DNA of 64,000 nucleotides from NCBI GenBank assembly GCA_049325335.1, contig JBMOMC010000001.1, positions 384,001-448,000 of the forward strand. The letters are read 5' to 3'. Every line of letters starts with the position of its first letter. Position 1 is the first letter of the stretch. Below, piece after piece: positions 1-11,166 of this stretch. The DNA comes from Nitrospirota bacterium (lineage in GTDB: Bacteria > Nitrospirota > Nitrospiria > 2-01-FULL-66-17). The translations under genes were made by a program, and so were the position numbers. The notes below the pieces were generated by a model, which had not been told where the DNA came from, did no database searches, and saw only the letters and a program-made list of their open reading frames with translations.

Positions 1-180
1 GGGATCAGCAACGCGCCCGCGGAACCGCACGACGGGATGCCGATCACTCCGATGCCGCATGACGCGGAAATGTCCGACCCCGCGATGCCCCATGAAACCG
101 GGACCACGCACACCGCACCGCCCGAGCTGGCGCCCGCGAACAACCACCACGACGCAGCGCCCCACCCCCACAAGCCGTAA
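1..180 (+). CDS. 3' end of a gene entering from the left; His/Met/Pro-rich C-terminal tail
   Basis: Frame 1 reads GISNAPAEPHDGMPITPMPHDAEMSDPAMPHETGTTHTAPPELAPANNHHDAAPHPHKP* with stop TAA at 178-180, 45 bp before dedA; translated by hand. Confidence 0.5.
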   Translation, partial: GISNAPAEPHDGMPITPMPHDAEMSDPAMPHETGTTHTAPPELAPANNHHDAAPHPHKP

Positions 181-225
181 CAAGGCGCTTGTCAACGCCG
201 ACTCGGTCCGGTACGATCTTCCGCC

Positions 226-864
226 ATGCACCAACTCATCACGATCTGGTTCTCGTGGCTCCACGATTGGGGGTACCTGGGCATTGTAGTGCTCATGGCC
301 ATGGAGAGTACCATCCTCCCGGTCCCGAGCGAACTCGTCATTCCGCCGGCCGCGTATTGGGCCGCGCAGGGCCGGTACACCTTATGGGGCGTGGTGTTCG
401 CCGGCACCGCGGGCAGCGTCATCGGCGCTGGACTCATGTATTGGATGTCGCGCGCGGTGGGACGGCCGCTCATCGTCCGGTTCGGCGTCTACGTCGGTCT
501 CAGCGAAGCCAAACTGATTCGCGCGGAGCGATGGCTCGCACGGTACGAAGCCGGCGGCGTGTTCTTTGCACGCCTGCTGCCGGTGGTGCGCCATCTCATC
601 GGCATCCCGGCCGGCATCGTGCGTATGCCGATCGGCGTGTATCTGCTCGTGACCACCGCGGGCTCGGCGCTCTGGTGCACGGTACTCGCGTGGTTCGGCG
701 CGCACGTGATCGGCGACCAGCCCCAGCTCCTCGACGACCCGGGACAAATGATCGCCGTGCTCAAAACCCGCGCGTGGTGGTTCGTCGGGTTGGTCCTGCT
801 CCTGTGCGCCTTGTACGTGCTGGTCATGCGCCTGACCGCTAAACCCGCAGCATCGGATCGGTAA
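226..864 (+). CDS. DedA family membrane protein
   Basis: GYLGIVVLMAMESTILPVPSELVIPPAAY and FFARLLPVVRHLIGIPAG motifs; multiple TM segments. Confidence 0.92.
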   Translation: MHQLITIWFSWLHDWGYLGIVVLMAMESTILPVPSELVIPPAAYWAAQGRYTLWGVVFAGTAGSVIGAGLMYWMSRAVGRPLIVRFGVYVGLSEAKLIRAERWLARYEAGGVFFARLLPVVRHLIGIPAGIVRMPIGVYLLVTTAGSALWCTVLAWFGAHVIGDQPQLLDDPGQMIAVLKTRAWWFVGLVLLLCALYVLVMRLTAKPAASDR

Positions 865-931
865 CTGTCTTTCGGTTCCGAAATTTGCTACAACACAGTT
901 CACACACGACCCTTCGACCAAGGAGAGTACG

Positions 932-1312
932 ATGATTCGAATCATGGGTGGTATCGGCCTGCTGTTTGCGTGGATGGTGATCACCACGGCGCCGGCGGTT
1001 GCCGGTGAGGCCAACGTCTCGAACATCGAGACCCTGTTCGCGCAGAAAGATACGCTAACCGGGAAGCGCATCAAAATTAGCGGCAAAGTCGTGAAAGTCA
1101 ACAACGGCATCATGGGCAAGAACTTCTTTCACCTCCAAGACGGAAGCGGGAAATCGCCCGCCAACGATCTGACCGTGACGACCCAAGAGGTCGTAAAGGT
1201 CGGCGACCAAGTGACGGTCACTGGTTTGGTCACGGTGAACCGTGATTTCGGAGCGGGCTACTCGTATCCGTTGATTTTAGAAGAAGCCACCGTAGCCCCC
1301 TCCGGCCATTGA
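932..1312 (+). CDS. Secreted OB-fold domain protein
   Basis: Signal peptide then ISGKVVKVNNGIMGKNFFHLQDGSG...DFGAGYSYPLILEEA; SD AAGGAG upstream. Confidence 0.75.
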   Translation: MIRIMGGIGLLFAWMVITTAPAVAGEANVSNIETLFAQKDTLTGKRIKISGKVVKVNNGIMGKNFFHLQDGSGKSPANDLTVTTQEVVKVGDQVTVTGLVTVNRDFGAGYSYPLILEEATVAPSGH

Positions 1313-1376
1313 GTGCCGGGCGTCGACAAGACGCCGGTGCTCCATTGTCGCCGCGAGTCCTATTCCTCACACCTTC

Positions 1377-1404
1377 GTAGGGGCGTATGGCCATACGCCC
1401 CTAC
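1377..1404. repeat. GTAG-type REP-like perfect palindrome (copy 1)
   Basis: GTAGGGGCGTATGG|CCATACGCCCCTAC, perfect 28-bp palindrome in an intergenic region; second copy at 42809-42838. Confidence 0.85.
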
Positions 1405-1476
1405 AGGTACGGGATGCCCTCAACATACGGCCCATTGTGATCCCGCTTGCGGCGTCTCTCCCAGTCCGATGAATCC

Positions 1477-2823
1477 ATGACCGACGATCGAGACGTCATC
1501 GTCATCGGCGGAGGCTTTGCGGGGCTTTCGGCCGGCGTGGCCCTGGCCGAGCGCGGATACCGCGTCACCGTGCTGGAAAAACGCTCGCGGTTGGGCGGAC
1601 GGGCTTCGTCCTACGTGGATCCCGCCACCGGCGAGGTGCTGGACAACGGGCAACACGTGTTCCTGCGCGCGTATCAGGCCACGATCCGTTTTCTCACCAC
1701 CATCGGCACGCTCGATCAACTCGTCTTTCAACCCAACCTGTCGCTGGAGGTGGTGGGAGCCGGAGGCGCGCGCACGCAATTGACCGCCGCACCGCTGCCC
1801 GCGCCGTGGCACATGGGGATCGGCCTACTCCGCGCCACGGGGTTGCCGTGGGACGCGCGGCGTAAGGGGCTCGAACTGGGCTGGCATCTGTGGCGGCGGG
1901 GCGCGGGCGACACCGACGGCCTGACCGTGGCCGAGTGGCTCGACCGCCACCAGCAGCCCGCCGCGATCCGCGACCGCCTGTGGCACCCGCTGGCCATCGC
2001 CGTGCTCAATGAGACGCCGGATCTGGCTGCAGCCGCGCCGTTCGCCGCGGTATTAACCAACGCGTTTTTTCACCACGCGTCGTGGTCCGCGATCGGCATT
2101 CCCCGCACCGGACTCGGCCCGCTCTATACCGACGCGGCGCAGGCGTTCATCGAACAACGCGGCGGGCGCGTGCTGACCGGCCAAGCCGCGGCCGGGCTCC
2201 GCGTCGCGCGCGGGCGCGTGACCGACGTGGTGTTGAGCGACGGCGCCGTGCTCCCGGCCTCGTGGGTCGTGAGCGCGGTCCCTTACGTGAACCTTCCGGA
2301 GGTCCTGCCCTCCGAGGTGCAGCTCGGGCATATCCAATTCTTGGCTTCGCAAGGGTTGGTCTCCTCGCCCATCATGTCGTTGTATCTCTGGTTCGACCGC
2401 CCGGTGTTGGATCAGCCGTTCGTGGGGCTGGAGGGCGCAACGTGGCAATGGGCGTTCGACCGCCGCGCGTTGCTGGGCCAATCGTCCACGGACGGGCACA
2501 TCGCGTTGGTCATGAGCGCCGCGCACGCGCACCTGACCCGCTCGACCGATGAACTGGTGGGCCTGTCCCTGCAAGAGCTCGGCGAACGATTCCCCGCAGC
2601 CCGCCGCGCCGTGCTGCGCCATCGCATCCTAATCAAAGAACCGCACGCCACCTTCTCGCCGCGCGTCGGCAGCGAGCGGTCCCGTCCCGAACACCGCACG
2701 CCGCTTCAGAATCTGTTCTTGGCGGGAGATTGGACACGCACCGGACTGCCTGGGGCGATCGAAGGCGCGGTTCAGAGCGGGTATCGCTGCGCGGAGTTGA
2801 TCGCGGCAGAATCGATTCAGTAA
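1477..2823 (+). CDS. hpnE: Hydroxysqualene dehydroxylase HpnE-like FAD-dependent oxidoreductase
   Basis: VIVIGGGFAGLSA FAD motif, LGGRASS, DNGQHV, LAGDWTRTGLPGAIEGAVQSG; start taken at ATG 1477. Confidence 0.85.
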   Translation: MTDDRDVIVIGGGFAGLSAGVALAERGYRVTVLEKRSRLGGRASSYVDPATGEVLDNGQHVFLRAYQATIRFLTTIGTLDQLVFQPNLSLEVVGAGGARTQLTAAPLPAPWHMGIGLLRATGLPWDARRKGLELGWHLWRRGAGDTDGLTVAEWLDRHQQPAAIRDRLWHPLAIAVLNETPDLAAAAPFAAVLTNAFFHHASWSAIGIPRTGLGPLYTDAAQAFIEQRGGRVLTGQAAAGLRVARGRVTDVVLSDGAVLPASWVVSAVPYVNLPEVLPSEVQLGHIQFLASQGLVSSPIMSLYLWFDRPVLDQPFVGLEGATWQWAFDRRALLGQSSTDGHIALVMSAAHAHLTRSTDELVGLSLQELGERFPAARRAVLRHRILIKEPHATFSPRVGSERSRPEHRTPLQNLFLAGDWTRTGLPGAIEGAVQSGYRCAELIAAESIQ

Positions 2824-3008
2824 CAGGGTTACGGAAAACCCAAGAGGTCCTTGCTTCGCCGGCAAATCTATCGAACCACACCCCACGTGACGCCTTGTAT
2901 ATTTGGCGTAAACGTGGCACCAGAACGCGCCGCCCTCTGCATGAGCCAGGGCAACCTAGCTTGCTGTGGGCTTGCGGGTCACGGCGCGGCCCCCCCCCGA
3001 AGGCCCAC

Positions 3009-3042
3009 AAAAAACCGAGGCCCCTCGCGTGAGGGGCCTCGG
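3009..3042 (-). terminator. Rho-independent terminator of groESL
   Basis: 12-bp stem CCGAGGCCCCTC/GAGGGGCCTCGG with 4-nt loop, followed on the minus strand by T6. Confidence 0.85.
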
Positions 3043-3066
3043 CGTATATCCGATTGCCGTGTGGAA

Positions 3067-4701
<1,635 letters not shown>

Positions 4702-4743
4702 TTACTCCTCCCGTTCGATGTCGTGTTCCGCCAGTGGTGCGTG

Positions 4744-5037
4744 TTATTTCTCGATGATCCCTAAAATGTCGTCTTCTTTGAGAATTAGATAGTCCGCGCC
4801 GTCAAACGCAATCTTGCTTCCCGAGTACTTGTCGAACAGGATTTCATCGCCGACCTTCACGGATTTGACCTCACCACCCACCGCCTCGATCTTGCCGCGC
4901 TGCGGCTTCTCTTTGGCCGCATCCGGGATGTAGAGTCCGCCACTGGTGCGCTCTTGCTCCTCGGAGTAACTCACGAACACCCGCTCTTTGAGCGGCTTAA
5001 AGTTGACCTTTTTCCTAACCGCAGTTTCTGTTCCCAT
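4744..5037 (-). CDS. groS: Co-chaperonin GroES (short form lacking roof hairpin)
   Basis: KPLKERV, TSGGLYIPDAAKEKPQRG, LILKEDDILGII; ATG 5037 after GGAGGAGG. Confidence 0.97.
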   Translation of the reverse strand: MGTETAVRKKVNFKPLKERVFVSYSEEQERTSGGLYIPDAAKEKPQRGKIEAVGGEVKSVKVGDEILFDKYSGSKIAFDGADYLILKEDDILGIIEK

Positions 5038-5066
5038 ACGTCCTCCTCCTTGTGTCAAGGTTATTA

Positions 5067-5093
5067 CTAGCACTCACCAGAATCGAGTGCTGA
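5067..5093 (-). promoter_or_regulatory. CIRCE element (HrcA operator) of groESL
   Basis: CTAGCACTC-N9-GAGTGCTGA versus consensus TTAGCACTC-N9-GAGTGCTAA. Confidence 0.93.
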
Positions 5094-5094
5094 C

Positions 5095-5123
5095 AATATA
5101 TCCTTAGGCGGACCAAAAATCAA
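5095..5123 (-). promoter_or_regulatory. sigma70-type promoter of groESL
   Basis: TTGATT-17bp-TATATT on minus strand immediately upstream of CIRCE. Confidence 0.75.
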
Positions 5124-5150
5124 GCCCCCTTATGTGGCAATACCGGGTTT

Positions 5151-6530
5151 TTAGGTGGGATTCGCTTGGCCAGCCTCGACGGATGGCTCCGGCTGGTCCA
5201 GTAATCCTTTGAAAATTGCCCAACTTTTCAGCAGTTCGATCGCCTTTTGGAGCTGGATGTCGTCGTCAGCTCCAGTGCCACCCTGGGGCACGTCCGGGAT
5301 CGGGGGCAATTCAACCGGCTCACTCGGTTCACTCGGCGCGGCGGGCGCCTGGGGCTCCCCGGTCGGATTCGGCAAGTGCCGTTCCAGGTCACGCTCCCTG
5401 ACCGTTGGACGCCGCCCCTCGCCTTTTCCCGCGGCCCGCACCACGATGGTGGGCGTAATCCCGGTGTTTTGGATCGATCGGCCCTTGGGCGTGTAATACT
5501 TGGCCGTGGTCAGGCGCAACGCGGATCCGTCGCTCAACGGGATGACGGTTTGCACCGACCCCTTCCCGAACGTGGTGGTTCCGACCACCACCGCACGCCC
5601 CCAATCCTGCATGGCGCCAGCCACGATTTCGGATGCGCTGGCGCTGCCTTCGTTGACTAGTACGATCAGCGGGGCGTCCAAGATCGGATGCGCGCCTTCC
5701 GCGGGATACTCCTCGGCGCTGCCGTGTCGTCCCTTGATCGACACCACGGCCTTGCCCTTGGGCAGAAACTGCTCGGACACCTCCACCGCTGCGGTCAGCA
5801 GGCCGCCCGGGTTGTTCCGCAAATCGAGAATAAAGGACTGCGCCTTTTGTTCGCGCAGGGCATTGAGCGCCTTGGCCAGGTCAGGACCGGACTGTTCTTG
5901 GAACTGCGTGAGCCGCACGTAGCCGATGCCGTCTTCCAGCATCTTGTGCCGCGTGCTGGTAACCTTGATCGTCTCCCGCGTCAACACCACGTCGATCGGC
6001 TCGGGAGTCCCCGAGCGTTCGAGCGTAAGCGTCACCTTGGTCCCCTTGGCTCCGCGCATCTTGTTGACCCCGTCCATCAACGTCATGTCCTTGGTCGAGG
6101 TGCCGTCGATCTTCACGATCTTGTCCCCGGCCAGCACGCCCGCGCGAAAGGCCGGCGTGTCTTCGATCGGCGCGATGACGGTCAGCCGTTCGTCCTTGAG
6201 CCCGATCTGAATGCCCACGCCCCCGAACTCGCCTTTGGTGTCCACCTGCATTTCCTTGTACACGTCCGGCGGCATAAACGAGGAGTGGGGGTCCAACACG
6301 TTGAGCAACCCCCGGATCGCGCCGTACACCACGTCGCGGGTCGTGGTTTCTTCCACGTAGTTGCGTTGAACTTGGTTCAGCACCTCGGTAAACGGCCGAA
6401 GCTCCTCGTACGTTTCGGCTTGTTGGGCGAGCCCCTTACCCTCCAACAATCTTCCGGACAACAATCCGGCGACGAAAATAACGACGACGCCGAATGGGAT
6501 CCACCCGGCCCGCGGACGATGCGCAATCAT
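5151..6530 (-). CDS. ctpA: Carboxyl-terminal processing protease (S41, PDZ)
   Basis: LDPHSSFM, GEFGGVGIQI PDZ, DLRNNPGGLL, SASASEIVAGA, FGKGSVQ; ATG 6530 overlaps envC stop. Confidence 0.93.
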   Translation of the reverse strand: MIAHRPRAGWIPFGVVVIFVAGLLSGRLLEGKGLAQQAETYEELRPFTEVLNQVQRNYVEETTTRDVVYGAIRGLLNVLDPHSSFMPPDVYKEMQVDTKGEFGGVGIQIGLKDERLTVIAPIEDTPAFRAGVLAGDKIVKIDGTSTKDMTLMDGVNKMRGAKGTKVTLTLERSGTPEPIDVVLTRETIKVTSTRHKMLEDGIGYVRLTQFQEQSGPDLAKALNALREQKAQSFILDLRNNPGGLLTAAVEVSEQFLPKGKAVVSIKGRHGSAEEYPAEGAHPILDAPLIVLVNEGSASASEIVAGAMQDWGRAVVVGTTTFGKGSVQTVIPLSDGSALRLTTAKYYTPKGRSIQNTGITPTIVVRAAGKGEGRRPTVRERDLERHLPNPTGEPQAPAAPSEPSEPVELPPIPDVPQGGTGADDDIQLQKAIELLKSWAIFKGLLDQPEPSVEAGQANPT

Positions 6531-7699
6531 TCCGTTCCTCCTCGTGTCAGCAACCACCCGATCGGATCGAGCGGGGTTTTCCCGTGCCGCAACTCAAAAT
6601 ACATGTGCTCGACGCCCCCCGCGGCCGACGCCTCGCCGAGCGGCTCTCCGGCCCCGACGTCATCCCCGGCGCGGACGCGTATCGAGTCCGCGTTGGCGTA
6701 CAACGACAGATACTGGTCTCCGTGGTCGACGATGACCACTCTCCCATACCCGTCGAGGGTATCCGCGTACACCACGGTTCCGTCCGCGACCACCCGGATC
6801 GGGTCCTGCGTGGAAACTTTGATGTCGATCCCCTTACGGTCCACATAGGTCCCGAAGCGCGGATGTTTATGGCGACCGAATAACCCTACCACCTCGCCTT
6901 GCACCGGCCAAATCAACCGCCCCTTGAGTTTCGCGAGCCCGCTCCCTTGGCGCGGCGCGCGCGAGGCTCGGACCAGATCGCCGATCAACGACTCCAGTCG
7001 TCGCGACGCCGCTTCCAGATCCCGGATCGACCGCGTGTACGCGACGCGTTCGGTCTGCAATTCCGCCAGCAGCCGCCGCTTCGCGGCTCGCTCGGCCAAT
7101 ACCTCGCGCAACGCGGTCCGCTCGTCGGTTCGCACCGCCTCCAAATCGCGCTTAATCCGCTCCAAATGCGCCACCTGTTCGGAGACCGCTACGGCCGCGG
7201 CTTGCGCGGCCAGCACCGTGCGGCGGTCTCGGTCTACCACGCGACGAACCGTATCATACCGCATGGTGATCTCGGACGGCGCGGCTGCCAACACGAACGT
7301 GCCGTCGTACACGCCTTTCCATTTGGCCAGTTCACGCACCCGGGCCCGCGCCAAGCGGCGGGTCCGGTCGGCTTCTTGCCGTCTCAGCGCCAACGCATCG
7401 CCCGCCTCCGTGAGCTCTCGGTCCTTGCGGTCCACGTTGAGTTCCGTCAATCGCAGCGCGCGCCGAGCAATCGCCAGCGCGCGGGTGGACTCATCCACGC
7501 GTTCGGCCACGGACCGTTCTCTCGAACGCACCACGTCACGTCGCCGTTTGATGCGATCCAATTCGGCGTTGAGCGTCGCCAATTCTTGACGCTCCTTGTC
7601 GATCCGATCCGACAGCGATTCCTTGGCCCACCCCGTACTCCCGGTCAGCGCCCACGCGATCACCACCAGCGCGATGCCCACCCGTCGCCAGGCGCTCAC
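6527..7699 (-). CDS. envC: Murein hydrolase activator EnvC-like (coiled coil + M23)
   Basis: Signal peptide, long coiled coil, KGRLIWPVQG, GYGRVVIVDHG, YFELR; degenerate M23 Zn ligands; follows ftsEX; GTG 7699 overlaps ftsX stop. Confidence 0.85.
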   Translation of the reverse strand: MSAWRRVGIALVVIAWALTGSTGWAKESLSDRIDKERQELATLNAELDRIKRRRDVVRSRERSVAERVDESTRALAIARRALRLTELNVDRKDRELTEAGDALALRRQEADRTRRLARARVRELAKWKGVYDGTFVLAAAPSEITMRYDTVRRVVDRDRRTVLAAQAAAVAVSEQVAHLERIKRDLEAVRTDERTALREVLAERAAKRRLLAELQTERVAYTRSIRDLEAASRRLESLIGDLVRASRAPRQGSGLAKLKGRLIWPVQGEVVGLFGRHKHPRFGTYVDRKGIDIKVSTQDPIRVVADGTVVYADTLDGYGRVVIVDHGDQYLSLYANADSIRVRAGDDVGAGEPLGEASAAGGVEHMYFELRHGKTPLDPIGWLLTRGGTE

Positions 7700-8571
7700 G
7701 CCACCCCCGACGACGCCGCGTCCGGAATCCGCCGCACTGCGGCCAGGCTGCCGACCGCGCCCACCAGGACCGCCAGCGCGATCAACCCCGGCACCAACAC
7801 CAGAGGAAACTCCAGCCGATCGATCCACCCCGCGAACACCCCCTCAAACGCCGTGCCCCATCGGCGGTGCGCCGCCCACCACCCGCCCGCCAGCACCACC
7901 GACGCCACGACCCCGCCCGCGAAGCCGATGGCCATGCCCTCCAGCACAAACGGCGTGACCACCACGCGTTCCGACGCGCCAAAGAGTCGGAGCAAGGAGA
8001 CCTCCTGGGCCCGGTGACGAACGGAGATCTGCACCATCACGCCGATCACCACCGCCACGCCGCCGAGCAGCGCCACGCCGATCCCGCTCCCCAGAATCGA
8101 GACCACCCGCGCCGCGACGCTGAGGTCTTGGATCAACCGCTCCCCGTACCGAACGTCGTCCACCCCGGCAAAGGCGGTCCACCGCGCGGCCAGACGCGCC
8201 ATCGCGTCGGGCTGTTGGCCTTCTTCCTTGAGCGACACCTCGATCGACGCGGGAAACGCATTCTCGCCCAGCCCCTCCAACACCGACCGATCCAACTGCA
8301 TGACGCGCAGGAACGCGGCCTCGGCTTCGGCTTGCGAGATAATCCGCGTGGACGCCACCGCGGGCTCGCGGGTGATGGCAGTTTGCAACGCGGCGACTTC
8401 CGGCTCCGATACCGTGTCCGTCAGATACACCACCACTTTGACGTCGGCGCGCCATCCGCGCATGACGAGCCAGGCGTTCCACGCCACCAACCAACACCCT
8501 CCGGCCAACGTCAGCACCACCGCCGAAGTCACGATCACCCACGCGGCGGTCCCACGATTGCCGGCCCTCAT
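7696..8571 (-). CDS. ftsX: Cell division permease FtsX
   Basis: TM, periplasmic domain with ENAFPASIEV and GVDDVRYG, then EVSLLRLFGASERVVVTPFVLEG; ATGA overlap with ftsE. Confidence 0.88.
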   Translation of the reverse strand: MRAGNRGTAAWVIVTSAVVLTLAGGCWLVAWNAWLVMRGWRADVKVVVYLTDTVSEPEVAALQTAITREPAVASTRIISQAEAEAAFLRVMQLDRSVLEGLGENAFPASIEVSLKEEGQQPDAMARLAARWTAFAGVDDVRYGERLIQDLSVAARVVSILGSGIGVALLGGVAVVIGVMVQISVRHRAQEVSLLRLFGASERVVVTPFVLEGMAIGFAGGVVASVVLAGGWWAAHRRWGTAFEGVFAGWIDRLEFPLVLVPGLIALAVLVGAVGSLAAVRRIPDAASSGVA

Positions 8572-9269
8572 CCCACGCCCTTGCGCGCGGATGGAGCCTC
8601 GTCCAGGCGCCCCCCGCGCAACTGAACGCGGCGCGCGCCCAGGCGAGCCGCCGCCTCGGGATCGTGCGAGGTCACCAACACGGTGGCCCCTCTGGCGTGC
8701 GCGTCGCGCAACACGGACAGCACCAGGGCGGCTCGTCGTCGATCCATCAACGCGGTCGGCTCGTCCGCCAACAGCACGGACGGACGCGCGGCCAATGCCC
8801 GCGCCAGCGCCACGCACTGGGCCTCGCCCGCGGACAGGCGGTCGGGATACTCGTTGCGGCGAGTCTCCAGGTCAAACGCCTTGAGGGTCTCATAGATGCG
8901 CACCCGGCGGTCCCGCAACGGAGTTCGGACCGCGCGCAACGCCAGCCCGACGTTCTCCGCCACGGTCAACCGCGGCAACAGCGGCATGCCCGCCACCAAC
9001 ATCCCCAGGGTGCGGCGAACCTGCGCCACCACGGCCGGACTCGCGCCGGTGACCTCAACCCCGCCGACCGCGATCCGGCCCGTCTCCGGCCGTTCGATGG
9101 CCGCGACCAACCGCAGCAACGTGCTCTTGCCGGCCCCGGTCGGCCCCTCCACCACCACCAGGTCGCCCCGCTCCATGCGAAGCGACGCGCCCTGCAGGAC
9201 CGGGAGACCGGGCTGGAACGATTTCCAGACATCTACAATTTGAATGCCCAACGCGAGGGGAGTTGACAT
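8568..9269 (-). CDS. ftsE: Cell division ATP-binding protein FtsE
   Basis: Walker A GPTGAGKST, signature LSAGEAQ, LLADEPT; upstream of ftsX; start 9269 or 9323. Confidence 0.85.
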   Translation of the reverse strand: MSTPLALGIQIVDVWKSFQPGLPVLQGASLRMERGDLVVVEGPTGAGKSTLLRLVAAIERPETGRIAVGGVEVTGASPAVVAQVRRTLGMLVAGMPLLPRLTVAENVGLALRAVRTPLRDRRVRIYETLKAFDLETRRNEYPDRLSAGEAQCVALARALAARPSVLLADEPTALMDRRRAALVLSVLRDAHARGATVLVTSHDPEAAARLGARRVQLRGGRLDEAPSARKGVG

Positions 9270-9319
9270 CCGTTCGGCGGGCCCGTCCGACACGATTCCG
9301 AAGAACGCCCGCGGCGGCA

Positions 9320-9703
9320 TCACGCGGAGCGGTCGTGACGACTCCGTAGGTACTCGTCGATCACCGCGTCCAAGGATCGACGACCCTGCGGCAACGTGGG
9401 TTGGGCCGGTGCAAGGTCTTGGGGCTTAGGTTTGACCGGTTGGGCCCCGCCGACCCCGGCGATTTGATTCGAGGTCAGGTTCTTGACCATGGTCTGATGC
9501 TGCTGCTTCATCATCTCCCGAACCGCCTCGGGATTCGGCCCCGATTTGAGCACGTCGGCGTATGAGACACGCTGGGACGACAGAATCGCGCCGCCCGCAA
9601 ACAGATGGGTCACGATCACCGGGTTCTGCGCGCCACCGTCTTCGGTCTGCACGTGATAGGTTTTTCCGGCATGTTCGATATCGGTATTAATTCCGCTGAT
9701 CAT
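9320..9703 (-). CDS. RomY-like protein (putative co-GAP of the MglAB polarity module)
   Basis: GINTDIEHAGKTYHVQTEDGG..P.IVTHLF.GGAILSS...SYAD.L...VREMMKQQHQTM, Pro-rich linker, C-terminal SLDAVIDEYL; directly upstream of ftsE; resemblance to Myxococcus RomY recalled from memory. Confidence 0.7.
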   Translation of the reverse strand: MISGINTDIEHAGKTYHVQTEDGGAQNPVIVTHLFAGGAILSSQRVSYADVLKSGPNPEAVREMMKQQHQTMVKNLTSNQIAGVGGAQPVKPKPQDLAPAQPTLPQGRRSLDAVIDEYLRSRHDRSA

Positions 9704-10089
9704 CGTCTCCACCCACGGCATCCGGCGTCGAAGGCGTTGGCGATCACCTCCACGCGCGGCGCCCGCGTTTCGCGTTCATCGATCAACACCACGTCGAACC
9801 GACACGGCGGCTCGCCCAATCGACGGCGTGCCAGGTACCGTTCCGCCAATCGGACCAGCCGTTCCTGTTTCCGGTGATCCACCGCGTACGCGGGTTCCCC
9901 GAACCCGGCGGCGCGACGGGCCTTCACTTCGACGAACACCAACGTGTCGCCGTCATACGCCACCACGTCGAGTTCTCCCCAGCGCGACCGGCAATTACGT
10001 TCGATTATGCGATACCCGCGGCGGGCCAACACGTCCGCGGCCACGGTTTCCCCGCGCAGGCCGAGCGCGCCCGCGTCACCCGCCGTCAT
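9700..10089 (-). CDS. yraN: YraN family PD-(D/E)XK nuclease
   Basis: LGLRGE..AA..L..RGYRIIERN.R...GELDVVA...LVFVEVKAR, RFDVV. Confidence 0.93.
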   Translation of the reverse strand: MTAGDAGALGLRGETVAADVLARRGYRIIERNCRSRWGELDVVAYDGDTLVFVEVKARRAAGFGEPAYAVDHRKQERLVRLAERYLARRRLGEPPCRFDVVLIDERETRAPRVEVIANAFDAGCRGWRR

Positions 10090-10688
10090 GCGGGGGCCTC
10101 CGGACGAACGCGATGAAACGTGCGGCGGTGTACGGGGGTAGGGCCCAGCGTGCTCAACCGATCGAGATGCGCGGGCGTCCCGTATCCTTTATGGCGGGAA
10201 AACTCGTAACCGGGATACCGAACGTCGTAATCCGCGACCAATCGATCCCGGGTCACCTTGGCGACGATGGACGCCGCGGCGATTAGGTAACTGGACGCAT
10301 CGCCGCGGATGATGGCGCGCTGCGGCAACAACACCTCGCGCAGCGCGATCGCGTCGATCAACAACGCATCGGGTTGGACGCTCAGACAGCGGATGGCCTG
10401 CTCCATGGCCTGTATCGTCGCGCGGAAAATATTGACCCGCTCGATCTCCCTGACTCCCACCACGCCGACCCCGACCGCCAAGGCCCGGCCGATGATTTCG
10501 TAGTGCAACCGTTCCCGTTCGGGCGGCGGGACCGTTTTGGAGTCACGCACGCCGGGGATGGGGCGGCTCAACGGCAGAATCACGGCCGCCGCCACCACGG
10601 GTCCCGCCAAGGGGCCGCGGCCCGCCTCGTCGATTCCGGCAAGAGTCGCGTATCCCGACGCGACCAATTCCCGTTCGTGCGTGAGCAC
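10086..10688 (-). CDS. rnhB: Ribonuclease HII
   Basis: AGIDEAGRGPLAGPVVAAAVIL, DSK, IAAASIVAKVTRD, HKGYGT. Confidence 0.97.
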   Translation of the reverse strand: MLTHERELVASGYATLAGIDEAGRGPLAGPVVAAAVILPLSRPIPGVRDSKTVPPPERERLHYEIIGRALAVGVGVVGVREIERVNIFRATIQAMEQAIRCLSVQPDALLIDAIALREVLLPQRAIIRGDASSYLIAAASIVAKVTRDRLVADYDVRYPGYEFSRHKGYGTPAHLDRLSTLGPTPVHRRTFHRVRPEAPA

Positions 10689-10711
10689 CCGAAAACGGAA
10701 CGGACGGCGCG

Positions 10712-11131
10712 TTAGGAAACGGGTTGCGACTCGGGTTCGACCGAACCGCCGACGGCCGTCGACTCCGCGGCCTTCGGGGCTTTCGCCTCGATCCCGCGTT
10801 CCGCGATCCGCGCCGAACGACCTTGCCGCGCCCGCAGGTAATAGAGTTTGGCGCGCCGCACGCGGCCGGAGCGGACCACTTCCACCTTTTCCACGAACGG
10901 GGAATGGATCGGGAACACCCGTTCCACGCCGACGCCGTACGACACCTTGCGCACCGTGAACGTTTCGCGGTTGCTGGTGCCTTTTTGTCCGATCACCACG
11001 CCCTCGAAGACCTGGATGCGTTCCTTTTCCCCCTCGATCACCTTGACGTGTACGCGCACCGTATCACCCACCGTAAACGCGGGTACGTCGCTCTTGAGCC
11101 ACCGTTTTTCCACTCGCTGCATCTGATTCAT
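10712..11131 (-). CDS. rplS: 50S ribosomal protein L19
   Basis: [38 protein letters not shown]. Confidence 0.98.
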   Translation of the reverse strand: MNQMQRVEKRWLKSDVPAFTVGDTVRVHVKVIEGEKERIQVFEGVVIGQKGTSNRETFTVRKVSYGVGVERVFPIHSPFVEKVEVVRSGRVRRAKLYYLRARQGRSARIAERGIEAKAPKAAESTAVGGSVEPESQPVS

Positions 11132-11166
11132 CCCACCCTCCTTCCTACAGACACTCCTCGTGTCGT

